From NCBI GenBank assembly GCA_001275005.1, contig JWZX01003404.1, positions 1-53,818 of the forward strand: 53,818 bases of DNA. Direction: 5' to 3'. Below the pieces are notes generated by a model. It was not told the DNA's origin, did no database searches, and worked only from the letters and a program-made list of their open reading frames with translations. Position 1 is the first letter of the stretch. Each line of letters begins with the position of its first letter. This DNA is from Chrysochromulina tobinii. Its lineage: Eukaryota. Positions 33,701-45,080 of the stretch are shown piece by piece. The position numbers and the translations under genes were made by a program.

Positions 33701-34717
33701 CGCAGAGGCGCTGGTGGCAGCAGAAACGTCGATGCCATCCGCTGCTGCCTCCGCTAGCGCCTTGTCGTCCTTTTGCGCGATTTGCACTTGCTGCGCTGCG
33801 TCGTTGCGTGCGAGCACGAGGGCGGCTAGTCCCAGGCAGTAAAGCAGGAGCACGCCAGTCCATGTGTCACGCACGGAGGCAACGCTCACAAGAGCGACGA
33901 GTGTCATGCCCACTGCCACGCTCGAGCTCGCGACGCGCGACCGCTCGCTCGTCCTGCAAACGTATTGGGCCTCGTACGCGAGATCATCGAAGGTCAGCGA
34001 GAGGGCAGCCATCTGGAAGCGCGCCATCGCGATGGGCGGCGAGGGCAAGGGCGACTCCCGCTTGCCACCTGCCACGTTCGGATCGTCGATGGCACCGGGT
34101 TCCGCGGCGCCGGGCTCGGCGGCACGGGACTCGCCTTGCGAGACGATCCGGAGCAGTTCCTGCCTAAGATGGATCCCAAGGAGGTCGCCGAGCATCAGGC
34201 TGGACCACATGATGAGCGTCGACGACACGTGTGGCATGGACGACCAGTGAGGCGAGGCCCAGAAGGCCCAGGCGATCATCGCATTGTTGACCATCTGATG
34301 CACTGCGTGCACGCCCGAAAGCTGCAAATAAATTGGGACCGTCCCGGTAAGTGCACCAAGGGTGCCCACCGCGACGTTCGGAACATTGGTGCAGAAGTGG
34401 AACGCCATGTTACCTGCCACAAAGAACGTGCAGCCGGCAAACGTTGCAGCGAGCCAGCCGCGTCCGAAGATCGTGATCGCATGCTGCTGGTCAGCGTGGC
34501 CTACGGCCACCATGCGAGCCCCAAGAATGGCGACGAAGAAAGCGCTCACCAGCACGCCTATGTACCAGAACGCTGGGGCAAGGAACGTGGAGCTACCACA
34601 CACCGCGATCCCCACGATGCAGAAGGCACGATGCACCGGGTGCGTGATCGAAAATAACCGCTCGGCATCAGCGCTGCTGCAGCGGCGTAGATCTTCTGCT
34701 GCCTGGGTATCCATCAT
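30721..34717 (-). pseudogene. Membrane hybrid histidine-kinase-like gene with two receiver-like domains, split over three frames (pseudogene or assembly indels)
   Basis: TM-rich N-terminus, H-box-like DSRLNHVIKG, N-box VLDEALSNARKY, G-box DGVGL. Receiver-like ADVVLIDQN..GTQIASELR and ADVVLLDEN..GSYLARRL..DLVFAK. Frame changes near 32700 and 31640 with no usable intron. Confidence 0.7.
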
Positions 34718-34938
34718 TTACATCTGGTACCGGTAAAGTAGGTAATCAGAAGGAAATGAGGAGGTTCATCAAGTGCGCCTTTTTTTTGAGAAAATTCGAC
34801 ATTTGACGAACCCTGTCCTTACCGTATGTGTACCGGCACCCCCCCCGTGTCTTTTTACCGGTGAGTGGATGCGAACGTTATTGAAACGGTAAACGCCGCG
34901 TCGCGGCCCCCCGCAGCCTCAAACGAGTGTGGGTTGCG

Positions 34939-35892
34939 ATGAATCACTTTGTGTCCGGCGCCATCGAGGCAGCACGCCTCAAGCGGGTTGAATGGGAGCG
35001 AACTCTACCTGCACTGCTCGAGAAGGAATTCAACGCAGCCTCCAAGCTCGAGAGCCTCGTCGGTCAACAGCTGCTCGACAAGTTCACGCATGAGGAGGAT
35101 TTTCATCTACGACGGGACAACTCACGATGGGACTTACTCCTTGGCCCGGTAGGCCCTCGCTGCATCGATGAGGAGATCTACGGAACTGTAACCGATCCCG
35201 TGTACATGTCCAAGAAACAGCTGGCTGCGAAGCGGCGATTCAGAGGCCAGCAAAGACAGCTGGTGGATTCCGAATTCAAGATTACTTGCGGTTTGAGCAA
35301 AATGCCCAACTGCACGGTAATTGCCATAGGCAGCAATGGCCAGTGGAGCTTCGAGGCTGACATTGTCTCACGAACGAGTTGCAGGGTGCATACCTTCGAC
35401 TGCACGGTCCCAGCCACAGTACAAGTGCCACCGGCACTCAGCGATCGTGTGCAGTTGCATCGTATGTGCATAGGCCAAAGACCGCCTGCAGGTCGCGGAC
35501 AGTTTCTCTACGTACCAAAGACGTGGAACTCCCGCCAGTGGAAGGATGCTTGGTTGTCCCAAGCCGCATTTGGGAACTACTCGGACCTTATGAAATTCGC
35601 TGGACTGACCACTGCACCCGCGCTCCTCAAGATGGATGCTGAGGGCTATGAGTGGACGACTCTGCAAGACATTGTATCGACCAACCCGACGCTAGTGCCG
35701 CAACAGCTGGCCGTCGAAATGCATTTTCAGACCCAGATGCCAGGTCTGCCCTGGTTTGGTCGCTTGAAAAGCCCTGCGGAGATCCTGGCACTTGGCAACG
35801 CGCTGGCGCGCGCTGGCTACCTTTTCGTCCGGCATGCACGGCACACTGCGTGCCGTCATTGCAAGGAAGTGGTGTATCTCAAACCAGATTAG
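34939..35892 (+). CDS. Methyltransferase, Methyltransf_22/METTL24 (FkbM-like) family
   Basis: CTVIAIGSNGQWSFE..CRVHTFDCT, LLKMDAEGYEW, QQLAVEMH, C..C.E C-terminal motif. Confidence 0.85.
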   Translation: MNHFVSGAIEAARLKRVEWERTLPALLEKEFNAASKLESLVGQQLLDKFTHEEDFHLRRDNSRWDLLLGPVGPRCIDEEIYGTVTDPVYMSKKQLAAKRRFRGQQRQLVDSEFKITCGLSKMPNCTVIAIGSNGQWSFEADIVSRTSCRVHTFDCTVPATVQVPPALSDRVQLHRMCIGQRPPAGRGQFLYVPKTWNSRQWKDAWLSQAAFGNYSDLMKFAGLTTAPALLKMDAEGYEWTTLQDIVSTNPTLVPQQLAVEMHFQTQMPGLPWFGRLKSPAEILALGNALARAGYLFVRHARHTACRHCKEVVYLKPD

Positions 35893-36089
35893 TGCGCACG
35901 GCAGCAGGATGCCTTTCTTCTGCATATCAGATGATTTGCATGGGGTCATTTTGATGGCTGTAAAGGTCACCTTTTCCGTTCGACCTTGTTAAGCGGTCGA
36001 CCTCACCTCAAACCGGGTAGGAAACCGAACGATAGTATGCGGCAAACCCATCCAATCACAGCATTCGTCCCTCTCAATCTGATTGAGGT

Positions 36090-36541
36090 TCAAGACCAGC
36101 GAGACACGCCTGACGGCGAATACCCCTGTTGTGGGTACATGTAAGGTAACGACGAATAGCCTGGGGGCTTGTATGCTCCTTGCGGCGTTGGGTAGCCCTG
36201 CTGTGGGAAGCCTTTCGGCTGTGCCTTTTGCCAGGACGGGACACTTTTGCCTTCGGTCTTGATTTTCTGCAGGGCTGCATCCTGCGCGTTGCGTGGCAAG
36301 TTAGTCGCCATTTTGAGCAGCTGCAAGAAGATACCTCCGCTCGTGCGTGGCCGGCCTGTCTCCGGGACGGACATGCCGCCTTGAGCCTGCACCTGCTCTG
36401 TGCGCGAGAGCAGGTCGAACGCAGTCGCTGTCCCCAAAAACTCGACCACAGCCCTCACAATCCTGGACTGTGGCTCCTGAAGCCGCTCTGATATGTATTC
36501 AATGGTCTTCTGGTCAACAGGTGATGGAAACCACTGCTGCT

Positions 36542-36573
<32 letters not shown>

Positions 36574-36806
36574 TGCTGAGGCCAGTGCTGCTGCTGCTGA
36601 GACCACTGCTGCTGAAAGTGAGCCCAATGCTGCTGCTCCTGCTGCTGCTGCTGCTGCCATTGCGCATGCCAATCTCCACCATCATTGTGTTGCTGCGTCA
36701 TGCGCGTTATGCCGATGCGCGTCTTGATGAGGCGCTGGGTTACAGCTGGCTTCAACCCGAGTTGCAAGGATGATGCCACTTGCAGGAGCATTAGAGGGAA
36801 CCGCAT
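36090..36806 (-). CDS. PHAX RNA-binding-domain protein with signal/transit-like N-terminus and polyQ/polyP tracts
   Basis: ISERLQEP..RAVVEFLG..QGGM..GRPRTSGGIFLQLLK matches the PHAX RBD (RRTxGGVF). Start MRFPLMLLQVASSLQLG. Confidence 0.75.
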
Positions 36807-37171
36807 GTCCCTTGTTTGTCTCGGGAGCCGCGGGGACCCGCATGGATGGAATGCGCGAAAAGCCTCGCTCAGTTTCTGCGAGGACTCGATCTCCGAAGTT
36901 TTCCTACACCTCACACGAGCAAGCATGCGTACACCGGCGTTCAGAGACGCGGACCATTCGGGCTCAGTCTCTACAACTACATGTACATGTACTCATAAGT
37001 CGGTGCTGGAAAAACACATCGATAAGAAGGACCGGTCGAACAGTTCTGAATCTATTCACACGACACACGCTTGCCCCGCGTGTTCCTTCATCCAAACCTG
37101 TGGTCGTGCGTCTTGCCGAGTTTGCAACTTAATCGTGTGAACGTGAGTGTGATCGCGTTTTCCTTCAATCA

Positions 37172-38131
37172 ATGCACGAAACAATTTGGGCAGCCAGGGG
37201 TTGCAGGCTGACAACCAAGCGTGATGGAAGAACAGAGTGGTCCTTCAACCAGCCTTTTGTCATACGTGAAACCAGTGTAGGCAGCGGCATGGGTGCCTTT
37301 GCGATCCGTGGAGTCAAACTAGGAGAGTGCATCCTGTCGGAGGCGCCGCTCGTGCAATGGACTCTGCATCCGGGCGAGAAGACGACCGCGGGCCTCGTGT
37401 CACTCGTCAATGCGCTCACCCCAGCCGACCATGCGACTTACAGCGGCCTGTGCCAAAACCCCATGCACGGAGTCGGTAGCAAGTCCGTGTACGGGATCTG
37501 GTTGTCCAATGCTTACCCATGCACCTCGCCCTTGCAGGCGGCGCGCGATCGGCAGAGTGGCGTGGGTGAGGACTCTCTCGAGACTACCAAGGCCGTCTAC
37601 GCATCCGCCTGTCGCTTCAATCACTCGTGTAGCCCCAACGCGCATGCCTCGTGGAACGCTAAGCAGGGTGTTCAGGTCATCTACGCTCTCCACGACATCG
37701 CACCTGGCGTCGAGATCAGCGTGAGCTACTTGGACAATGCGAGCGGCATGCGCAGGGCGCAACGCCATGGCGAGCTCGGGTTTGAATGTCGGTGCGCCAC
37801 CTGTGATCTGCGGGGAGCCTCGCTCGCACAGAGCGATCATCGGCGCTCACGCACCGGCGTCATCTTTGGGCTCCTCGAGGCGACGATTCGGGCGGGCGAT
37901 CGACGGGCGATCGGGCTGATCTCCGAGCGTCTCTCGCTCATGGCCCAAGAGGAGGTACGCGAGGACTGGAACACACTGTACATGGCATCCTCCTACTTCG
38001 CCCTCGCCGGGGATCAGAGGCAGGCGAGTATGTGGGCTACTCGTGCGGCGGAGAGCGCTCTGCACGGTCTGGGCAAGGACTCTGATGAGTACCAACATTA
38101 CAAGCAGAGAGGTGAACGTCTGTCTGGATGA
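37172..38131 (+). CDS. SET-domain lysine methyltransferase (SMYD/SET5-like)
   Basis: GMGAFA..GECILSEAPL, RFNHSCSPNA, EISVSYL, post-SET GFECRCATC. Confidence 0.9.
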   Translation: MHETIWAARGCRLTTKRDGRTEWSFNQPFVIRETSVGSGMGAFAIRGVKLGECILSEAPLVQWTLHPGEKTTAGLVSLVNALTPADHATYSGLCQNPMHGVGSKSVYGIWLSNAYPCTSPLQAARDRQSGVGEDSLETTKAVYASACRFNHSCSPNAHASWNAKQGVQVIYALHDIAPGVEISVSYLDNASGMRRAQRHGELGFECRCATCDLRGASLAQSDHRRSRTGVIFGLLEATIRAGDRRAIGLISERLSLMAQEEVREDWNTLYMASSYFALAGDQRQASMWATRAAESALHGLGKDSDEYQHYKQRGERLSG

Positions 38132-38261
38132 GAGGTAAGCGCGTACACGGAAGTGGGTGTCGGGTGAGCAAGCGCGATCGACGACTCTGGCCGTTACAAA
38201 GTTTTCGAAGCCGTTTTAGGAATTTTTTCGACCTGACGAGACTTTGGTCGAGCAGAGGACA

Positions 38262-39915
38262 GATGCGACACCGCTCACAAGACGAGGAGGACTTTGATGA
38301 CGAGGGTGATGGCTTCATTTCGGGCACGCCCGCCAAGCCTCGGCCCACGTCGAAGATCGACGTCGTCGGCAGTGTCAAGCGAGCGGCCTCCAATCCGATT
38401 GTGATTGCGGGCTTTGTGATCGTGATGCTGCTCTACTGGCGGCCATGGGCCGGGTCGGCGACGGTCGTGATTCAGGGCGCGACCGTGGCTTCCGATGCAA
38501 ACCGCCGTTCGGCAGCGTCGGACGACGTTGTCGTTGTCGACACCACGAGCACCTCGAGCACGAAAGTGAGTGACGACGACAACAGCAAAGACATCAGCGA
38601 CGAAGACAGCATCAGCGTAAAGGTCGTGCAGGTGAAGACCTCAGATGCGTCGGCGCCCGCGGCCACCTCTGGCTCGGACGACGTGATCGTCGTCGACTCT
38701 TCCGTTGCCACGGCCGTGGCGACCGGCGGGGACGGCGGCGACTCAAAGATCGAGAGCGACGGCAAGCGTACGACGAATACGGTGGTGTCGAACAATGGCG
38801 AGTTGACAACGACGATACACGCGGTAGACGAGTTCGGCACGCCTCCCCCGCGCCGCCGCCGCGCGCCGTGCGCAGCGCGGCAAGTCTCAAGGAGGACCGC
38901 GAGCGCGCACAGAAGGCGGCCGAGTGGGCGAAGCGTCCGAGAGTCACCCCTCGACAGCTCGAAGAAATGCTCAAGAAAATCGAAGCGGGGTTAGCTGCAA
39001 GGTCTCCGCCTCATGACATGATGAGTATGCTCGCGCAGACCGAGAAGCTCTTCTACGAAGCCAAGGTGGACGACATTAGCTTCAACCAGCGGGAGCGGCT
39101 CAAGAGGATCGAGGAAGGCATCCAGAAGGCAAAGGGCATCACGAAGCTCGCTATGAAGCTGGCAGAAGGAGAGTTTCTTATACGTACGAACGGCGCACCC
39201 GAGGCCATGCGCCAAAAGCTGTACGAGATCACGAACATGATCAAGGAGGCGGGGCCGGACGTGGATCAGAACCCTGTGGTCAAGGCCAAGCTCGAAGCGC
39301 AGCTCGAGGAGGTCGATCGACAACTGAAGGCCCAGGCGTACGCCGATGAGGAGCGCCGCAGGCACGAGCACGAGGAGAGGATGAAGCGCGTCCGAGACGA
39401 TGACGCGCGTCGGCGCGACCGTGAGCGCACGGAGGCGGAGGCGCGGCGTCAGGCAGACATCCGGGGTGGCGCCCGGGGTGGCGCGAGTGGCGCGCCGCCT
39501 TCCGAATTGGATGTACTCAGGGCGAAGATCGACCGGATGCAGCGCGAGGGCGGTGATGACCTGGTCATCTCCGCGCTCAAGGAGAAGTGGGAGCGGATGG
39601 CCGCCGAGGCGATGAAGCTCAAGGGCGTGCCGTCCGGCGTGCCCAGGCCCGCGGAGGTGACGGACGGCTACTCAATCGAGCAGGATAAGGACGGCGACGG
39701 CGAGGCGGAGGTGGTCATCGTGGGCAAAAAGGGGACGCTGCCGCGCAAGGCACGACGGAAGGATCCGTGGACTCTTCCGTGGCGGCGCGTCGGCCGGCGC
39801 CAAGACGGACGACGACGAGGTCGAGGTGCGATCGCGCTCGAACGACGACCAGGAGGACAGGGACGAAGAGGTCATCGTGGTTAGGCGGCCAACGAAAAAG
39901 CAGATTGTGGACTAA
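38262..39915 (+). CDS. Hypothetical type II membrane coiled-coil protein; model interrupted by an intron and/or frameshifts
   Basis: TM IVIAGFVIVMLLYW, D/S/V-rich stalk, coiled coil 38890..39620. Coding-like sequence shifts frame near 38840-38890, 39733 and 39787, ending ..KKQIVD* at 39915. Confidence 0.55.
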
Positions 39916-40170
39916 GTCAATGTATCTCAGTGGTTTTTAACACATAACAGATCCAGTGTGCTGTGAGTATTATTAGGGAGCGTGCGGCGGCCACTTATGA
40001 CACAGTACCAGCAGTACAAGTTGATGCAGCGCCGCCGCACAAATTCAACCCTCAGATTCTCGGCGTTTCAAGTTGCCGCTTTCAACCGTGGAGGTGCCCC
40101 GCATTTGCACTTGGCCACAGGCGCGTGCATGCGAGCCGGGTCGGAGGTCTTCAGGCAGCCGCTATCCACC

Positions 40171-41740
40171 ATGAGTAACAACGGCGGCATGCGCGCTGCG
40201 CCGCGCGCTTCCGGCATCGCCGCGGGGGCCTATGTGTACAAGGCGTCAGCAGTTCCGAAGCCACATCGGCAGCCCGTGCAGCAGCCACAGCCCCAGGCGA
40301 CGGCGGACACAGCCACCTTCCTCTCGTTCGTTCGCATGCTCGCGTCCAAGCCCGAGGAAGAGCAGCGCATGCTCATGCAGGTGGCGATGCAGGAGGCCGC
40401 CGCTGGGCCCCCGCCGCCGCCCGGGCACAGCCCCTCGGTAGCGCCGGGCGGAATCCGCCGATCGTCGTCAGCGGCCGAGCTGCGGCGGAGCCCGCTGCGG
40501 CGCTCCGTATCCATGGACGGCTCCGACTTTGGCAGCCGTGGTGCGAGCAGCGGCAACGGCCTCATCATGGGCGGCCAATCGGCGGGCGGCGCGGGCAGCA
40601 TGGCCGGCAACATCATGATCGGCGGGCCGGGCGCCGACAACCGTCCGCGCTCGGCGGACGCGGCGACGTGCGGCGGCAGCGGCGGCAGCAGCATGCAGGG
40701 GCAGGCCCTTGCGGCCGCGTGGGGCGCCTCGGCGCTCAGCGTCGCGGGCGCCGTCGCGGGCGCACAACGCGCCAACCCCTTGCGCCAGCGGCAGCAGCAA
40801 GTGCTGCAGCAGCGCGCGGCCGCACAGCTTCAGCAGCAGTTCGCGCGGCGCGCAGCAGCGGCGACGCTGCAGGCGCACTGGCGCGGCTGGCAGCATCGGC
40901 GACTCGCGCGCTACCTGCGTGCCCGTCGCAAGCGTGCAATGCGTCTCGACTGGCTGTGGCACCTCGAGTATGTCACCAACCTGCTGCAGTGGCACGAAGC
41001 GGCTCACACAGTACAGGCCGCCTTTCGCGCGAAGCGCGACATCGCACGCCAGCGCGCGGTGTCTCCGCCGTCGCTCGCGCAGCATGCGGCGCGCGGGCAG
41101 GCCGTCGCACCGCTCGCTGCCGCCGCCGCGTCGGGGCCGCGCGGCAAAGCCATGGCAGGGGCGGCCAAGGCGGGGGCGGCCAAGGCGGGGGCGGCCACAA
41201 GCGCTGCGACGAGCGCGGCTGAGGCCGGCCCGGCCGGTGATAATTCGACAAGCTCACAGCCCGCCACGTCGACGATCACCGCGCCCCCGGCGACGGCGGA
41301 GACGGCGACAGGCTCCGGCGCCGAGTCGAGCGCGGACTCGGTGGGGAAGGGTACGGGGGGCAGCGGCAAGGGCCTGGGTGTGAATGCGAATGGAGCGCGG
41401 CTCACGGTGCGTCCCGCTCGCCCTGACCTGCCCATCCCCCTGCCCATCCCCCTCCCAATGCACATCCCAACCTGCATCCTCTCCGGTCCCCATGTGCTCA
41501 CGATGGCACGACCGCGTCGCCCGTCATTGGTCCCCCGCACGCAACACGAGCCAGCGCTTCCCCTGTACTCCCCCCCCCTTCCCCCTCCCCCGACTCGCAT
41601 GCCCTAATTTGGCCCTTGGCCCCTCGCCTGCCCTAATTTGGCAGGTGCATTGGAGAGGAGAGCTGTCCGAAGTGCGCACGTACTCGGTGCCCGCCCTGAT
41701 GGGAGGCGGGCCGGGCGCGCCTTGGGGCGCAGCGAGGTAA
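40171..41740 (+). CDS. IQ-motif (calmodulin-binding) protein with C-terminal RVxF-like motif
   Basis: CCACCATG start. AAATLQAHWRGWQHRR and AAHTVQAAFRAKR. Phase-0 GT-AG intron 41407..41644 gives RLTVHWRGELSEVRTY. Confidence 0.7.
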
Positions 41741-42383
41741 GGCGGTCGCAAGGGAGGGCGGAGCGCCCATCGGCATGCAAGTGGCATCGGCATGCAATCG
41801 GCATGGCCTTTGAGAAGCGAGGGTGTTCCGGCGCCATGCGTCCGCGCACGGTCGCGTGACCCATAGAGAGGGAAAGCTTGCGGCGGAGGTACATCGGAGG
41901 CGCCCAGCCTCGACGGCCGTGAACGGTGAGCCGCTCGCGACTGCATGTGAAGCTGTACGTTGAGCAGCGGACCGAGGATGCATGATGCTTGGAGAACCGC
42001 TCCGGACCGTGCGCCCGGCTTTTCGGGTTCGCTCATTCAGGGAATAACAGGGTATTTGAGACAGGTTGGGCATTTGTCTGTCTATAGTGTGGCGCGCATC
42101 ATTCTCCGCAGACTCCGGAGTGCGCGTGTCGACGCCGCCGTTCGAACCCATCGCATGTGACCCGCGAAGCCGAACAGCCTACGCGCACAATGCAATCCAC
42201 GATCTTACAGCTTTCGCCTTGATGCCTTGCCCCCTATTAAGCCCCTATGCTCATCCCTTTCCGCTTCCGCCTTTGCGCTTTGGTCCCGGCTGCTGGTGTG
42301 CCTGTGCGGTGCGAGGACGCATCCGCCGTCTTCTTCGACGCACGCATGCGAAGTGCTCAAAACAGCGCTTACAACTTTGGCGC

Positions 42384-42923
42384 ATGGCCGAGGTATGGGA
42401 AAAGCGCGAGCGCGAGGCTGCTCCGACGACGAGCACGAGCACTCGGCCTGACGGCAGCTTGCGGGAGCCTGTGCGTGTTCGAGAGGGCTACGTGCCACCA
42501 GACGAGCAGCCTCGTTATGAAATCCCGCGACCGCTGCGTTCGATCGGTGTCGTCCTCAAGTTTGATGCCAAGCTCGGCTGGGGTTTCATACGGCCGGACG
42601 ACTGCAGCGCCAAGGTCTTTGTGCATCATACAGGGCTCCAGCTGGGTGCAGGTGACCGTCTCGAGCCAGGCGACGTGGTCAGCTTTGAGCGGCAGCCGGG
42701 TTTTGATGGTGATCTGCACATGAGGGCGGTGAATGTGTTACGTTCCGAAGCACGTCCAGCATCAGGGCAGTTGAGAAAGCCAGCATCGGCGCTTGTTCCA
42801 CGGGCGGTAGCAGCTCGCTCGAAGCGTGCGGTGGCTGATGGCGTGTGCGCGGCATCGGCGCCAGCACCGAAGCGTACTCGACCACCGCCCGATGCTTGTG
42901 TGTTGGGTGTCGGATATCCATAG
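42384..42923 (+). CDS. PYM/WIBG Mago-binding motif fused to a cold-shock domain
   Basis: TRPDGSLREPVRVREGYVPPDEQPRY (Mago-bind) followed by GVVLKFDAKLGWGFIRPD..VFVHHTGL..LEPGDVVSF..AVNV (CSD RNP1/RNP2). Confidence 0.85.
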   Translation: MAEVWEKREREAAPTTSTSTRPDGSLREPVRVREGYVPPDEQPRYEIPRPLRSIGVVLKFDAKLGWGFIRPDDCSAKVFVHHTGLQLGAGDRLEPGDVVSFERQPGFDGDLHMRAVNVLRSEARPASGQLRKPASALVPRAVAARSKRAVADGVCAASAPAPKRTRPPPDACVLGVGYP

Positions 42924-43471
42924 ACATAGCGTAATACTGTTAGGCTAAAGGAGTTATGTTACATGTTTCCTAGGTGCACCGCAGGGCAGGAGTAGCCGCC
43001 AAGCCGGTGTTGACGAGATTCAACTGAAGACGTGAGAGTGCAGTCTGCAGAGAGTCAACAGCGTAAAGAGCAATTGCGAATTGGTAAAGACGAAACGATA
43101 ACCAAGTCCAAGAAGTAGAGAAGACGCAGTCGCAGAAAGTCGCAGATTCCCTAACGCCCCAAGACGGCAGATGAACAGAGAAGGCTTCGGCCCCTTCACT
43201 TTAATTGCGCCTTGCGGTGCACTACACGCTCTGTATGCCTGGGTGCCCAGTTCGACGTACTGGTATACTCCACTTGACCCGAAACGGCGCATCGTCTGTA
43301 CCTTGTGCCCCGTGTGTCCCGTGTGTCCCCAAGTGTTTTTGAGCCGGTGGTAGCGGCTCGTGCGGTGTTTTTCACCGGTATGCGCGCGCCACGACGATTT
43401 TTTGGAGCGCTTCGTTTGGCGCGACCAGGAAACGACTCTTCCGTCCAATCCTCGCTGCATTCCAGCTCCAC

Positions 43472-44446
43472 ATGCCCATCTCCATGTCTTCGACACCGCG
43501 GCGCAGCGCTGCTCCGGCGGCTGCGCCGCTCAGCCACCGCGCCTCCACTCCGGCCTCTGCGCCCGCCAAGAGCAGCGCGAGCCCGAGCACCCCGAGCCTT
43601 CTGAAAGGGAGGTTCTTTGGTAAGCCGTCGGCGCCTGTGGCGTTCGGCACGTTTGAGGTCGGCCGCTCGTCGATGCCCAATAACGTGATGCCGACGGCCG
43701 CCTTCCGCGACTCGATGCGTCGCGATATCATATTCGCGGACATGGCCGGATGCGCAAGGGTTGAGTCGGGCGATCCGGGTGCGTACGATCCGTTCACGGG
43801 TGCCGACCTGTCGCACCGCGTCTCTTTCTCGCATAACAAGATGCACCGGCCGTTTGGCAGCCTGTCTTCGCGAGAATTACAGCTCCTTTCACCCGGCGTG
43901 GGTGTGCCCGGTCCGGGCTCTTACCGTGTCGGCGAAGCAAAGATGGCTCTCATCGCCGAGATTAATGACAACCGCTCCGCCTTCAAGTCGGGTTCGGCGC
44001 AGCGGCCGCCCCCCGCCATTACTTCAACACCCGGCCCCAACTTTTACTCGCCGGATCTCAGGTCGATCGAACCGAACCTGCGGGACTCGGGAGCCACCAT
44101 GCGAAGTGTAGGTGACCGCTTCCGGCGCATGGACCACCCGGACAGCACGATATCTCAGAGCATGACCGACGCATCCATCGGGCCGGGCTCATACAACTCG
44201 CACGAGCACGGCAGCATCGCGCTCCTCACGAAGCGCTCCCTCGCGCGCTCGTCCAAGCTGCGCCCTGCATTTGGCACCGTCTGTGCGCAGCGCGCTCTGC
44301 CATACTCAGTGAGAGATAACATTCCCGGCCCAGGCTCCTACCAGCCCGAAATCTGGACTGGTGCACCGCTCAAAGGTTCGCAGTCGGCGCGGTCGCAGTC
44401 GGCGCCGCGCAGCTCGAGAAGGAAGAGCTCGGAGGTCCAGGCTTAG
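43472..44446 (+). CDS. SHIPPO/ODF3-type PGP-repeat protein (probable flagellar microtubule-associated)
   Basis: Repeated DPGAY, PGPGSY, PGPNFY, IGPGSY and PGPGSY motifs, several preceded by AF/F..S..R. Confidence 0.8.
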   Translation: MPISMSSTPRRSAAPAAAPLSHRASTPASAPAKSSASPSTPSLLKGRFFGKPSAPVAFGTFEVGRSSMPNNVMPTAAFRDSMRRDIIFADMAGCARVESGDPGAYDPFTGADLSHRVSFSHNKMHRPFGSLSSRELQLLSPGVGVPGPGSYRVGEAKMALIAEINDNRSAFKSGSAQRPPPAITSTPGPNFYSPDLRSIEPNLRDSGATMRSVGDRFRRMDHPDSTISQSMTDASIGPGSYNSHEHGSIALLTKRSLARSSKLRPAFGTVCAQRALPYSVRDNIPGPGSYQPEIWTGAPLKGSQSARSQSAPRSSRRKSSEVQA

Positions 44447-44462
44447 GTGAGGTGAGAGCACT

Positions 44463-44485
44463 GTAAGTAAGTAAGTAAGTAAGTA
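44463..44485. repeat. (GTAA)n microsatellite
   Basis: GTAAGTAAGTAAGTAAGTAAGTA seen directly. Confidence 0.9.
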
Positions 44486-45080
44486 CATGTGATTCACCCC
44501 AACAGGCGGCGTACAGCCGTATGCCCGGATTGCCGTACACGCAACACGGTCGGAAGGCGAGGGGGGTACCCAGGCATACTATATAGCATGTACGGTGTTC
44601 AGCAGTCGAGTCGGTTGGAGCTGATGAAATTTATCAGTCAACGCTCGCCCACGGCTCAAAAGCAGGGTCATCCGCTGTGAGGCAGGGGCGCGCGGTCGCG
44701 CACGCCGCCGAGAGTGCCACTTGAGTGTCTTAACGTGACTGTCCGCCTTCTGACCCCTAATAACACGCGCGAGAGCACTGTCCCCTAATCAACACGCGCG
44801 GGTCAATCGTGCTGGAGACGGGATCGATTCGTGTATCGTGAGATTTTGTGTGGAGTGTGGCGTTATCAACTCATCTTGGGACGGACCGAAGGCCACACGT
44901 ACGTGGCCCAAGGCGGCGCACTTAGTGGACGCGGGAGCGCGCGACCGCGAGGACGTAGCAATGCACCTCCGAGCGGCCCTACTCCCGTACCTCACCCCGT
45001 CCCTCACCCTTCTCCCACCGGAACCGAAGAAGTTGCATCATGTTCACGGTGAAGAACAGGCTTCAGTCCCATCCGAAGGC

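Noticed and set aside
44838..45080. N-terminal extension of the giant lectin ORF
   Set aside because: GTG start is unlikely in a eukaryote. The ATG at 45081 gives a signal-peptide-like start, though an in-frame ATG at 44961 cannot be excluded.
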